The position numbers were made by a program, and so were the translations under genes. Of a stretch of 64,000 bases of DNA, positions 54,719-62,798 are shown one piece after another. This DNA comes from a virus (Duplodnaviria; Caudoviricetes), in IMG/VR virus record IMGVR_UViG_3300047160_009226, positions 1 to 64,000 of that record, one strand, 5' to 3'. How positions within the stretch are numbered: the stretch's first letter is position 1; each line of letters opens with the position of its first letter. The notes under the pieces were generated by a model. It saw nothing but the letters and a program-made list of their open reading frames with translations, did no database searches and had not been told where the DNA came from.

Positions 54719-55294
54719 TTATGTCGTCTCAAACCGCATCCCTTTCCATTTATTTGCTAATAACGCATGATATCTCCAGAAATCTCTATGCCACACTTCC
54801 CTTTCACTGAGAGTATGGTCCGAATCCTTGTGTGAAGCATCAGCTGCTGGAACTATAACTTCCATTCCAATCTTTTGCGCCTGTAAACATAAATCAGGAA
54901 CATGGCAATGAAAACCATTAAAGAGTACACCATCAAACCGCAAATTACATCGTATAGGAAAGAAAATAGAACAGCCGTCTAATGTCGAGACTTTTCCAGG
55001 ATTTGCATGGCACCAATGATATACACCATCTAAACTTTTCCCCACAATGCCACAAACCTTTCCCTCCATTGCAATCTTTGTAAAAATCTCCAAGGAACCT
55101 GGACCAAACCAAGCATTATTATGGCAAAGTCCGAAAACATCTCGGCTATTCTGTAAATAACGATTAGCAATCGTAGCTAAAGGTTCATGATTAATGTTGG
55201 CAACAAATACCAATTCACAATCTCCGATATGTGCTCTATCGAAGACCTTAAAAGAGTCCTCATTCTTACCAATAGCCACAAGGGTTAATTGCAC
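54719..55294 (-). CDS. StrF-like (Glyco_tranf_2_5) glycosyltransferase-like protein
   Basis: LATIAN, LCHNN, GIVG, VSTLDGCSI, FDG...FH...DLCLQA. Confidence 0.7.
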   Translation of the reverse strand: MQLTLVAIGKNEDSFKVFDRAHIGDCELVFVANINHEPLATIANRYLQNSRDVFGLCHNNAWFGPGSLEIFTKIAMEGKVCGIVGKSLDGVYHWCHANPGKVSTLDGCSIFFPIRCNLRFDGVLFNGFHCHVPDLCLQAQKIGMEVIVPAADASHKDSDHTLSEREVWHRDFWRYHALLANKWKGMRFETT

Positions 55295-55310
55295 AAATCT
55301 CTACCCCAAT

Positions 55311-55348
55311 CAAAGAAGGGGAGTACACTACGAACATACTCCCCTTTT
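55311..55348 (-). terminator. Intrinsic terminator after csrA
   Basis: AAGGGGAGTA-11 nt-TACTCCCCTT followed by CTTTG. Confidence 0.55.
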
Positions 55349-55354
55349 CATTGA

Positions 55355-55543
55355 TCAATCGGACTTTTGATCCTCTTTACCCGGGCCTTTATTCATGATC
55401 TCTTCCCGAAAAATCTTGATTTCTGATGGGGCCTCAAATCCTATTTTAACCCGACCCTTGTGTCTGTTGATATAAGTAATCGTCATCCGAATGTTATCAT
55501 TAATGACGATAGACTCATGGAGCTTACGACTCAAAACTAGCAT
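55355..55543 (-). CDS. csrA: Carbon storage regulator CsrA/RsmA
   Basis: [22 protein letters not shown]...[18 protein letters not shown]; start after AAAGGA. Confidence 0.92.
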   Translation of the reverse strand: MLVLSRKLHESIVINDNIRMTITYINRHKGRVKIGFEAPSEIKIFREEIMNKGPGKEDQKSD

Positions 55544-55574
55544 GCGTGTCCTTTCTCTCGGGGGTGAACTAGAA

Positions 55575-56792
55575 TCAAACACTAATACTTATCGCCTCTT
55601 CAGAACAATACACTCCATTCTTCATCGGAGCCAAACAAAGTGGGCATCTTTCTATTCCACCTACAAGATGATTAATCTTTTCCCGCTCTCCATCAATTTC
55701 CTTTAACTCTGTAGTAATCTCACCCATCACTCGTGCGTAAGAATCTATCTCTTTCTGTGCTTTAAGAAACTGTTCCTGGAGACTTTTTAATGAGTTAATC
55801 CGGTTTACAATTCTCTGACCATCTAATCTCTCAGGCTGCTTTGTAGATACCACCTGACCCATGATTTTAATCTGATGGGAAATCCGATTTGATTCATTAT
55901 AGAGCCTGGTGATTTCTGTGATATATTCGCGTCCATCCATTACTTCAGGAACAGTTCCCTGATTTTTCGAGGACATTTCAACTATAGAACATGCCTGAGT
56001 ATATCTCTTGTGCAAATCAATAAGTTTCTCATGATGCGAAACATCCAAAGTCACAGGAACAGTAGCCTTTGCCACTACACTAGAGACCTTCCAGCCAGTC
56101 CAAGAAGATCGATACCTTCCAACCAGATCTCGGTACGTAGACGCCTTCGTGAGTGCCTCGTTTCGGACTGTCTCAGTCTGATCCATTTTCTGTTGTAATG
56201 CGTTTAACTTTACAGCAAACTCCTCCATCCTCTCGACAGTAGTAAGTAACTCTTGATGCTGCTTTTCAAGGAATTCTGTCTTTGTCTTACACTTAGTCAC
56301 ATCAGCGTTGACAAGTTTAATTGCCCGACTAATCTTTACAGTATCCTGGCTGGCTCCCAGGAGTTCAGCCGCAATCGTGTCGGTATATGCTCCAATAATA
56401 AAAGGCTGTTCCCACTGGAAGTGAATCTGAGGCCAGTGAAGTTCTTTATCAAGAGTCTTAATAGCATAAAGACCAGTCGCCCTCACCTCATCGGGAACCG
56501 TACCCCTGCCTGGCCTATTAATCTTAACTCCATCAACTTCATATAATGTAGATTTTTGATTCTTGTACCATCTAACCTTGTGACCCAATGACTCAATAAC
56601 CACTTCACAAACCAATTCATTTTCCGTAATAAACTCGGTGCCAGCACGGTTAGATAACGCTGCATGAATAGCCCGAATTACTGCCGACTTACCCAGGTTC
56701 GACTCACCCTCGATTACACTATACCCGTCTACTAAAATTTCAACGGAATTTTTAATCGACTGAAAACCCTTAATTTTAATCTTTAAGCTCAA
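55575..56792 (-). CDS. sbcC: SbcC/Rad50 N-terminal half ending at the zinc hook
   Basis: IKGFQS, Walker [10 protein letters not shown]-loop, coiled coil, terminal CPLC. Confidence 0.88.
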   Translation of the reverse strand: MSLKIKIKGFQSIKNSVEILVDGYSVIEGESNLGKSAVIRAIHAALSNRAGTEFITENELVCEVVIESLGHKVRWYKNQKSTLYEVDGVKINRPGRGTVPDEVRATGLYAIKTLDKELHWPQIHFQWEQPFIIGAYTDTIAAELLGASQDTVKISRAIKLVNADVTKCKTKTEFLEKQHQELLTTVERMEEFAVKLNALQQKMDQTETVRNEALTKASTYRDLVGRYRSSWTGWKVSSVVAKATVPVTLDVSHHEKLIDLHKRYTQACSIVEMSSKNQGTVPEVMDGREYITEITRLYNESNRISHQIKIMGQVVSTKQPERLDGQRIVNRINSLKSLQEQFLKAQKEIDSYARVMGEITTELKEIDGEREKINHLVGGIERCPLCLAPMKNGVYCSEEAISISV

Positions 56793-57179
56793 TTAAAGTC
56801 TCCTTAACAAATAAGGTTCAATAAAATCTTCAAGACCCTTATACTTCAAATCGGGGCGAAACTTAAACCGACCCTTAATCGGTGGTAAATTCCATTCTCC
56901 TTCTGTCACTTTAACGGGTACACTTGTTTTACCAGACAGTAAATACTCAACCATTCGATGATAACCATTCGTCAATTGATACCGTCGTGATTTAGGAAGG
57001 TATGCAACCTCCAGAGGGCCTTCAGTCACAGCCGGATAACCTCGTGCAATATTCTCCGCAGCCGCAAGTAGTTCATCCTGTGTCATGATCAAAGAATCAA
57101 TGGGTAACTCCATTAAATCTTGACGAACTGCCGTCCTATCTAAAAGGATCCGTGCTAATCGCAAAGATCTAAAATTCAT
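56793..57179 (-). CDS. ParB/Srx-like small protein with class-2 leader
   Basis: YQLTNGYHR...VPVKV; MNFRSLRLARILLDRTA. Confidence 0.7.
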   Translation of the reverse strand: MNFRSLRLARILLDRTAVRQDLMELPIDSLIMTQDELLAAAENIARGYPAVTEGPLEVAYLPKSRRYQLTNGYHRMVEYLLSGKTSVPVKVTEGEWNLPPIKGRFKFRPDLKYKGLEDFIEPYLLRRL

Positions 57180-57531
57180 CTTTGATGGACCAGATTACAT
57201 GATCTCTTTCACCACTATTGTCAACAACCTCCTCGAACCACTTAGAATTTATTGCAAATTCCACCAATGTTTCTCTTTGCCTTTCGTTTATTGGAGTATA
57301 AGATACATTCTCAATGACAAGAGTTTTCCAGTAATAAGTAATTCGCAACCAACCGTCATCAAATAATTTTTCTAAAGTTGTTCCATGATCAGCAGCCCAC
57401 TGATCATGGGAAAACGCTATTGGATGAAATATGCCGCTTGGATCAAGCCAAGATGTAGCATTTTGCTTCTTATAGACAGCCGCTTGTCTTACCAAAACAC
57501 AGGCCAATCTCATAGAACGATCAAAGCCCAC
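57169..57531 (-). CDS. Hypothetical protein with class-2 leader
   Basis: MGFDRSMRLACVLVRQAA; SWLDPSG...H..W...GWLRI. Confidence 0.7.
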   Translation of the reverse strand: MGFDRSMRLACVLVRQAAVYKKQNATSWLDPSGIFHPIAFSHDQWAADHGTTLEKLFDDGWLRITYYWKTLVIENVSYTPINERQRETLVEFAINSKWFEEVVDNSGERDHVIWSIKDEF

Positions 57532-57565
57532 GTATTAATAACCCCATCTATATCTTGTATGATTA

Positions 57566-57607
57566 TGGAAATAAATGGCTGCGTATTACACCAGCCATTT
57601 ATTTCCA
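57566..57607. other. Perfect 16-bp inverted repeat (terminator-like hairpin)
   Basis: TGGAAATAAATGGCTG-10 nt-CAGCCATTTATTTCCA, intergenic. Confidence 0.6.
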
Positions 57608-57656
57608 CAGAAATTCCAAATCAAAATCTGGAACGACGAAGGAAGTCAACCATAGA

Positions 57657-58442
57657 CTACTCTCCCTCTTTTTGCTCCTTATCCTTGTCTTTGTCCTTTT
57701 CCTCACTCAATGCCAAAGGGTTGGGAGGCAATGGTTGGTCGTTAGCGAACGGCTTGTTCACCAACTCGTGATGCTGGTGAATCAATGTCGCATACTCCTC
57801 CTGGCTGAGCTGTCCAAGGCGAAGACCCTTGTCATACTTAGTTTTCGCACTCTTTGAGTAGGTCCCCGACAAGTTTACTTGCCTTTCAATATATGCACGA
57901 AACAAGGGATGATTCGTCCTTGGATCACCTGGCGGAAATACTGGAAATGAAACGAATCCAATCGTCATGTTGTTCCCGTTTGGTATCGTATTGCGATACC
58001 ATTCATCTGTGAGCTGTTTATTTCGATCCGGATGTGAATTGTGCTTCAGACCCGGAAGAATGATCTTCTTACACTTCTTCTTGCGTGGAAGAACATCCGT
58101 CTTCAAATCCAAAAGAGCACCTTGCTTCAAATCTTCACGATGAGAATCATCTGGCATTCGTATTTGCCGTTCAAGAATCTTGGCACTCACAGGAACAACC
58201 ATGATCTGTGCCTCCCACAGCATCTTGGCCATCGGCTGGCCATACTTCTGCCAGTGCTGGTTGGTCGATCTCAATCCTTGCAATCTGGCGGTAAACTTGT
58301 CATCGTTAAAACGCAGGTATTCGTTATAAAACGAACCCCACGAAATGAACAATGACTCAGTCTTCAAATGAAATTGCTCTATCGCATAATCCTTTAGTTG
58401 AGCAACGAACAAATGCTTCTTCAGACTATATGCTGACGACAT
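57657..58442 (-). CDS. Hypothetical protein
   Basis: 261 aa, RBS GGAGG. Confidence 0.75.
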   Translation of the reverse strand: MSSAYSLKKHLFVAQLKDYAIEQFHLKTESLFISWGSFYNEYLRFNDDKFTARLQGLRSTNQHWQKYGQPMAKMLWEAQIMVVPVSAKILERQIRMPDDSHREDLKQGALLDLKTDVLPRKKKCKKIILPGLKHNSHPDRNKQLTDEWYRNTIPNGNNMTIGFVSFPVFPPGDPRTNHPLFRAYIERQVNLSGTYSKSAKTKYDKGLRLGQLSQEEYATLIHQHHELVNKPFANDQPLPPNPLALSEEKDKDKDKEQKEGE

Positions 58443-58469
58443 AAGTTCCTCCGTCCGGTCCTAGCCGGA

Positions 58470-59603
58470 TCATTTGCCCCGGAATGGGGCTGCAAAAGCA
58501 GATGCCCTGCCAATCAGAGCATCGAACTGCTGGCACAACTCATGACGAGTTGAATCTGACATATCCGATACATGCTCCGTTATAAGTGCAATGTCTTGAA
58601 GCAATTTGCTATTGGAATCATTCAAGATATTTTGAAGAAGTGGAATCAAACTCTTGCGTGCATAACCATCGACGTCAACAAGTTGACTTGCTGTGAATGT
58701 CGAAGCTTTATATTTAGCAGCTTCCTCTTTGACACCACGAACTCCTATGTTACCATTGCGAAGTTGCGGAGTTGTATTCTGTATAAACTGTTTGCTTTTT
58801 TCTTTCGCCGCCGCATCATGCTGCTTAGCTTGTGCTTCTAGAATCGCAACCTGTCGATTCAGAATGCTTTTAACCTGTGGTGAAGATTCCATATCAGCCC
58901 TCTTCTGAGCGACCTTAGCTTCATCCCGATTTGCTTGAGCAACTCGCTTTTCACTTTGATAGATCGACGCTTGTTCTCTCACGATATGATCCATGTCAGA
59001 TCGCGAAAGCCCTTTCAAATTATCCTCGTGAAGAAATCCCCGGTCAATCGCATCAATAGCCCGGAACGCAGTCTCGCAGGCAAAGTTAGGTCTAAGGCCA
59101 CTCGCATGTTTTCTGGTCCATCCCAGGAATTCAGCTACGGTCGCCTTGGTATAGGAACGTAGGCCAGATCCTTGGCCCACGTTCCTGATTAGGTCCTTCC
59201 TAGTATCTCTCGGCACATTCGGAAAGTCGGGTGGTCCAATCTCGCCTCTCCCATAAGCTGCGATTACAGTTCGGATCGTCTCCAACTCAACCCAGGCCGA
59301 CGTACTCCACTCCTCCATGTTCTCACGAGCCATCATCTTAATCATTTCCGCATTGCTGAGATCCCGGATGATAATCTCGACTTTCTTTATCGCGAGTTCT
59401 TGCAAAGCCACCACTCGATGGTGACCAAATGCGATTTCAACTTGGCCTTTGACTTCTCGGCCAACAATGGTTCCCCAGAAACCCGTAGAATCGATACTCT
59501 CTTTAAGAGCATCGACCTTCTCACGGAGAATTGGATACTCATCAAGCCGTCGCCATGGATTCTCTATCAAACTTGCGACCGAAACGGTTTTCAACATCGT
59601 CAA
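58470..59603 (-). CDS. ParB/Spo0J-like N-terminal domain protein
   Basis: LKESIDSTG...IAFGHHRVVAL...IIRDLSNAEM...REN. Confidence 0.8.
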   Translation of the reverse strand: MTMLKTVSVASLIENPWRRLDEYPILREKVDALKESIDSTGFWGTIVGREVKGQVEIAFGHHRVVALQELAIKKVEIIIRDLSNAEMIKMMARENMEEWSTSAWVELETIRTVIAAYGRGEIGPPDFPNVPRDTRKDLIRNVGQGSGLRSYTKATVAEFLGWTRKHASGLRPNFACETAFRAIDAIDRGFLHEDNLKGLSRSDMDHIVREQASIYQSEKRVAQANRDEAKVAQKRADMESSPQVKSILNRQVAILEAQAKQHDAAAKEKSKQFIQNTTPQLRNGNIGVRGVKEEAAKYKASTFTASQLVDVDGYARKSLIPLLQNILNDSNSKLLQDIALITEHVSDMSDSTRHELCQQFDALIGRASAFAAPFRGK

Positions 59604-59718
59604 AACTCCTCGTGGTGTTTGGAAACCTGTGGAATGATCAAAACTTAGGTACTAATAACCCCGCTCTTCTTCCAAGGTTCCATACCGAGACATCCAGAAC
59701 TCATCCCCAATTTCATTA

Positions 59719-59762
59719 TTCATTTCACGTGTGTGACAGCGTCGTCCCACGCGTGAAATGAA
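59719..59762. other. Intergenic hairpin after the PEP-CTERM gene
   Basis: TTCATTTCACG...CGTGAAATGAA outer 11-bp stem with inner pairing. Confidence 0.5.
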
Positions 59763-59770
59763 AACTTACA

Positions 59771-60466
59771 TCAACTTGTTTTCAAAATTTTCTGCTTGCA
59801 CTTCCTAAAAGCCATCCCCGCGAAAACTACACTCATGCCCATACCCAGCGTCACCATCGGAGTGGGCTCAGGTATACTCGACATGGAGAACGAACCACTG
59901 CCCGTTATGGCAGCTCCTGGCGTGCTGAACAGTCCAGCGAAGTTTTTTGTCCCGGTGAACGTGGTTCCGGTAATGGCGAAGTTCATCCCGCCACCTGGCA
60001 TATGACTGAAGTCATACATCGGATCCAGGTTGGAAATCAGACTGGTAATGCTCCCCGACATGTTGAAGAAAGTAGGTAACGCCAGAGGCGCTACACCTGT
60101 CTTCTGATTGAAGTCCAAGATGCCTTGGGCACCAGGAGTAGTGCCAAAGACAACTTCGTATGTCGGAGGAACGAGCCCCAAACTATACGTCCCCAAACCA
60201 GTCGGCGTCACCAACAAAGTAACTGGACCCTGCACCTCTGCAGGATCGGGCACGACAGTCACCCCGTTGAGGTTGTTCAAAAACGACTGGGTGTTGGGCA
60301 ACATCGTGATCGAAATGGTAGCAGTGCCACTACCATTGATCCCAACATTAGTCATTGTGATTCCACCGATGGTCCCTGAGGCGGTGTCAACCACAACATC
60401 AGCTTGGGCAGTCCCAAGCAATCCAGTTAAGGCCATGAATATGGCCCAAACTAAAATCCTTCTCAT
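59771..60466 (-). CDS. Secreted PEP-CTERM sorting-domain protein
   Basis: Signal peptide MRRILVWAIFMALTGLLGTAQA; C-terminal IPEP + hydrophobic helix + RKCKQK. Confidence 0.85.
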   Translation of the reverse strand: MRRILVWAIFMALTGLLGTAQADVVVDTASGTIGGITMTNVGINGSGTATISITMLPNTQSFLNNLNGVTVVPDPAEVQGPVTLLVTPTGLGTYSLGLVPPTYEVVFGTTPGAQGILDFNQKTGVAPLALPTFFNMSGSITSLISNLDPMYDFSHMPGGGMNFAITGTTFTGTKNFAGLFSTPGAAITGSGSFSMSSIPEPTPMVTLGMGMSVVFAGMAFRKCKQKILKTS

Positions 60467-60628
60467 GAAAATCCCTCCTAAGTGAAAAAAGTGTTAAAAA
60501 ATCTCAGCGACTCGAAACCTCCTTTCTCAGATCAAAGGTTCCATGATCCCCGTAATACCCATATACCAGGCTCATAGCCAGAATTCTCTGTCAATCTAAA
60601 ATTCTTTGATCCTTCATTGTTATCCACA

Positions 60629-60868
60629 TCAGCTATCTTTATTACTTTGACTTCTACGTAAACTCATTAGAGTCTTTAATGCTATATCTGTTCTAGATGC
60701 CTCCAACTCAATCATCAAATTATAAAGCTCGATCTCTGTCGTCTCCTCCATTTCCAGCACCTTTAATATCATCGGAATTTGTTTCATGGCTTGATTCATC
60801 ATGACCTTCTTGTGATTTTTCTCGAGGAGGCAGAGTTGTGTAAGGAGTACTTCTCGTCTGTTTAACAT
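60629..60868 (-). CDS. Small hypothetical protein overlapped by the DUF6065 tail
   Basis: 79 aa, ATG after AAAGGA; amphipathic helical composition. Confidence 0.55.
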   Translation of the reverse strand: MLNRREVLLTQLCLLEKNHKKVMMNQAMKQIPMILKVLEMEETTEIELYNLMIELEASRTDIALKTLMSLRRSQSNKDS

Positions 60869-61760
60869 TGTGATCCTTTAAGCTTGCCACAAATAATGTA
60901 AACGGCCTTCCATCCTTTCCCATCAGGACCATCGGTCTAGTACCAGTATCCGGGGATAAATCACGACTCTGACCACTAGAACGACAATCCCTGAACTCCG
61001 GTTGCTGCAACCTTGTCTGATGGTCATCTAACTTAGGAAAAAGATTGCTTCCACCTTGAAAGTAATCCTTCTGCCAGCCTTTCTTTTCATATTCACTTCC
61101 CCGAATTGCTAGACCCTTGTTGAATTTATCCCTCTCTTCTCTCCACTGCATATGTAGTTTCAAGAGTTCAGGATTTTCTTCTAGATCGTGAATTTCAGGC
61201 TTGAAAATCTCCGTCATCATTCTGGGTATTGGGAAGATCCTACAGTAAGATTCTCCCGCCTCGAAGACCACCTCATGATTCTTTCTTGTGAATAACCAGT
61301 TCATAGTGAAAGTTGCAGTCGAGAAGTCTGTCTCAACAATTCCCTCCAGAGGGATAATTCCGTCCTTAGGCTGATTCGGGGGTCCTTTCACATAGAGGTT
61401 CACACCATGAGGTGTCCGAAATAAATGTCCCAAGGTTATGGTGAGCGTGCCGACACCGAAGTGGGCCTGTGGAAGGTTAGATTGTTTATTAGTCGGAAAT
61501 GTTATTTTCACATCTGATGGTGCTGATCCCCCATTCCATGATGCAATAAAGCTGACGGGATTTATGATGTCCCAGCCGAATTGATTACACAGAACCATCG
61601 GCAAACACCTGTAAGGGAAACGTTTATGTGCGTTGTCCATCCATTCTCGATCCGGTTTAGCGGACCTAATCAGCGGAGCTTCGGGGCTGCACTGATACGC
61701 CGTAAAAAAATCTGTCTTAACGACAAGATTTTTCTCGGTGATTTCTGTTGTATCGTCCAT
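60720..61760 (-). CDS. DUF6065-family protein
   Basis: REWMD...YRCLPM..CNQFGWDI.NP..F.ASWNGG...HFG.G...GPPN.PKDGI.PLEGIVETD...FTMNW. Confidence 0.8.
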   Translation of the reverse strand: MDDTTEITEKNLVVKTDFFTAYQCSPEAPLIRSAKPDREWMDNAHKRFPYRCLPMVLCNQFGWDIINPVSFIASWNGGSAPSDVKITFPTNKQSNLPQAHFGVGTLTITLGHLFRTPHGVNLYVKGPPNQPKDGIIPLEGIVETDFSTATFTMNWLFTRKNHEVVFEAGESYCRIFPIPRMMTEIFKPEIHDLEENPELLKLHMQWREERDKFNKGLAIRGSEYEKKGWQKDYFQGGSNLFPKLDDHQTRLQQPEFRDCRSSGQSRDLSPDTGTRPMVLMGKDGRPFTLFVASLKDHNVKQTRSTPYTTLPPREKSQEGHDESSHETNSDDIKGAGNGGDDRDRAL

Positions 61761-61764
61761 TGTA

Positions 61765-62148
61765 TTATTCCATCAATCCCTTTCTTCTTGCCCATCTACG
61801 ACATTGCGACTCACTGATTTTTTGTTTCGTTTCTTCACTGAGTTTTGTACCTCGTTTCGCTTTACTCATCTTCTGTTTAGCTTCTTCACTCATCTTTTTA
61901 CCAAGTTGTGCTTCTCTCATTTTCTGCTTTGATTCTTCACTGCAACTTTTACCACGCTGCACCTCACTGAGTTTTCGTCTATGCTCTTCACTCAATTTTC
62001 TACCACGTTTCGCTTCACTCATTTTCCGTCTAGTCTCTTCACTCTTTCTCTTACCTCGTTTCGCCTCACTCATTTTCTGTCTGGTTTCTTCACTGATCTT
62101 TTTCCTACAAGGTATTTCATCCGATTCCTTCCCTTCTTTGTTAAACAT
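61765..62148 (-). pseudogene. NUMOD3-repeat-only ORF, probable homing endonuclease remnant lacking the nuclease
   Basis: Six to seven SEET/SEEH-R-x-K-[ML]-SE repeats, similar to those of the two GIY-YIG genes; no catalytic domain. Confidence 0.6.
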
Positions 62149-62165
62149 GAAAGTTCTCCTAAAAA

Positions 62166-62795
62166 TTATTTAGACAGTGTAAGTACTTCCCTCGTGTCGT
62201 AAGTTCCTTTCGCCATTTCTTCGCCATCCGGCTCCTCTTCTTCCAGTTCCTCAAGACTCTTCTCTTCGCGTTTTTTCTTCTCTTCCTCCCATGCATGAGC
62301 CATCATTTCAGCGCTGCGCTCCATATCCACCATCCAAATGCCCCAGCGAGAAACTACATCGGCAAAATCCTCGATGTCATGCTCGCGGAGATAATATTTA
62401 ATCATATTCATATCATTTTTCAGAGGAATGCCCAAATCCAGATCCATAATCGGGCGAGGATGGCATAATTGATGATCTACAAGAGCCCGTCTATTGTCAT
62501 CTGTTGTCGCGGGATTATGCCAATAATTATAGTTCAAAAGAATCTTGATGTCCTTGTTGTGCATCTGACGATCGAAATCCGAGAAAAGGGAGACAGAAGC
62601 CAAGACAACTTTGGCATCGCGGTTCGGTTTCCATCCGTAATTATAGCCAATCACAATACTCGCTTCCGCCAATTCCGGATGGAACTGAGCAATCAGGGAA
62701 TCCATCAGGATGTATGGAAGTTGTGAGTCATCCATCTCGCCCGTTCTAGCGAGAAGTTTCTGACTGACCTGTGGCGGCTTCTTGGGTGCTGGCAT
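62166..62795 (-). CDS. Phage metallopeptidase-like protein (HQxxH variant)
   Basis: ALVDHQLCH...[14 protein letters not shown]. Confidence 0.75.
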   Translation of the reverse strand: MPAPKKPPQVSQKLLARTGEMDDSQLPYILMDSLIAQFHPELAEASIVIGYNYGWKPNRDAKVVLASVSLFSDFDRQMHNKDIKILLNYNYWHNPATTDDNRRALVDHQLCHPRPIMDLDLGIPLKNDMNMIKYYLREHDIEDFADVVSRWGIWMVDMERSAEMMAHAWEEEKKKREEKSLEELEEEEPDGEEMAKGTYDTREVLTLSK

Positions 62796-62798
62796 CTT

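Noticed and set aside
55583-57857. Alternative upstream starts and minus-strand nested ORFs (e.g. 47492-47752, 54123-54389, 56483-56665) and the plus-strand 57555-57857
   Set aside because: They are nested in alternative frames of supported genes or span a terminator-like hairpin, with no independent RBS or motif evidence.
8415-60600. TTGACA hexamers near 8445, 6962, 44410 and 60590 as sigma70 promoters
   Set aside because: No -10 element at a 16-18 nt spacing; two are simply the TGA stop of the propeller genes.
60620-60628. Perfect DnaA box TTATCCACA
   Set aside because: Single copy; about one chance match is expected in 64 kb over both strands, and there is no cluster or AT-rich unwinding element.
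173-62202. All plus-strand ORFs in the track (e.g. 5631-6245, 9801-10916, 33625-34284, 46429-47115)
   Set aside because: Each lies antisense to a well-supported minus-strand gene, lacks recognisable motifs, and reflects codon or repeat bias.
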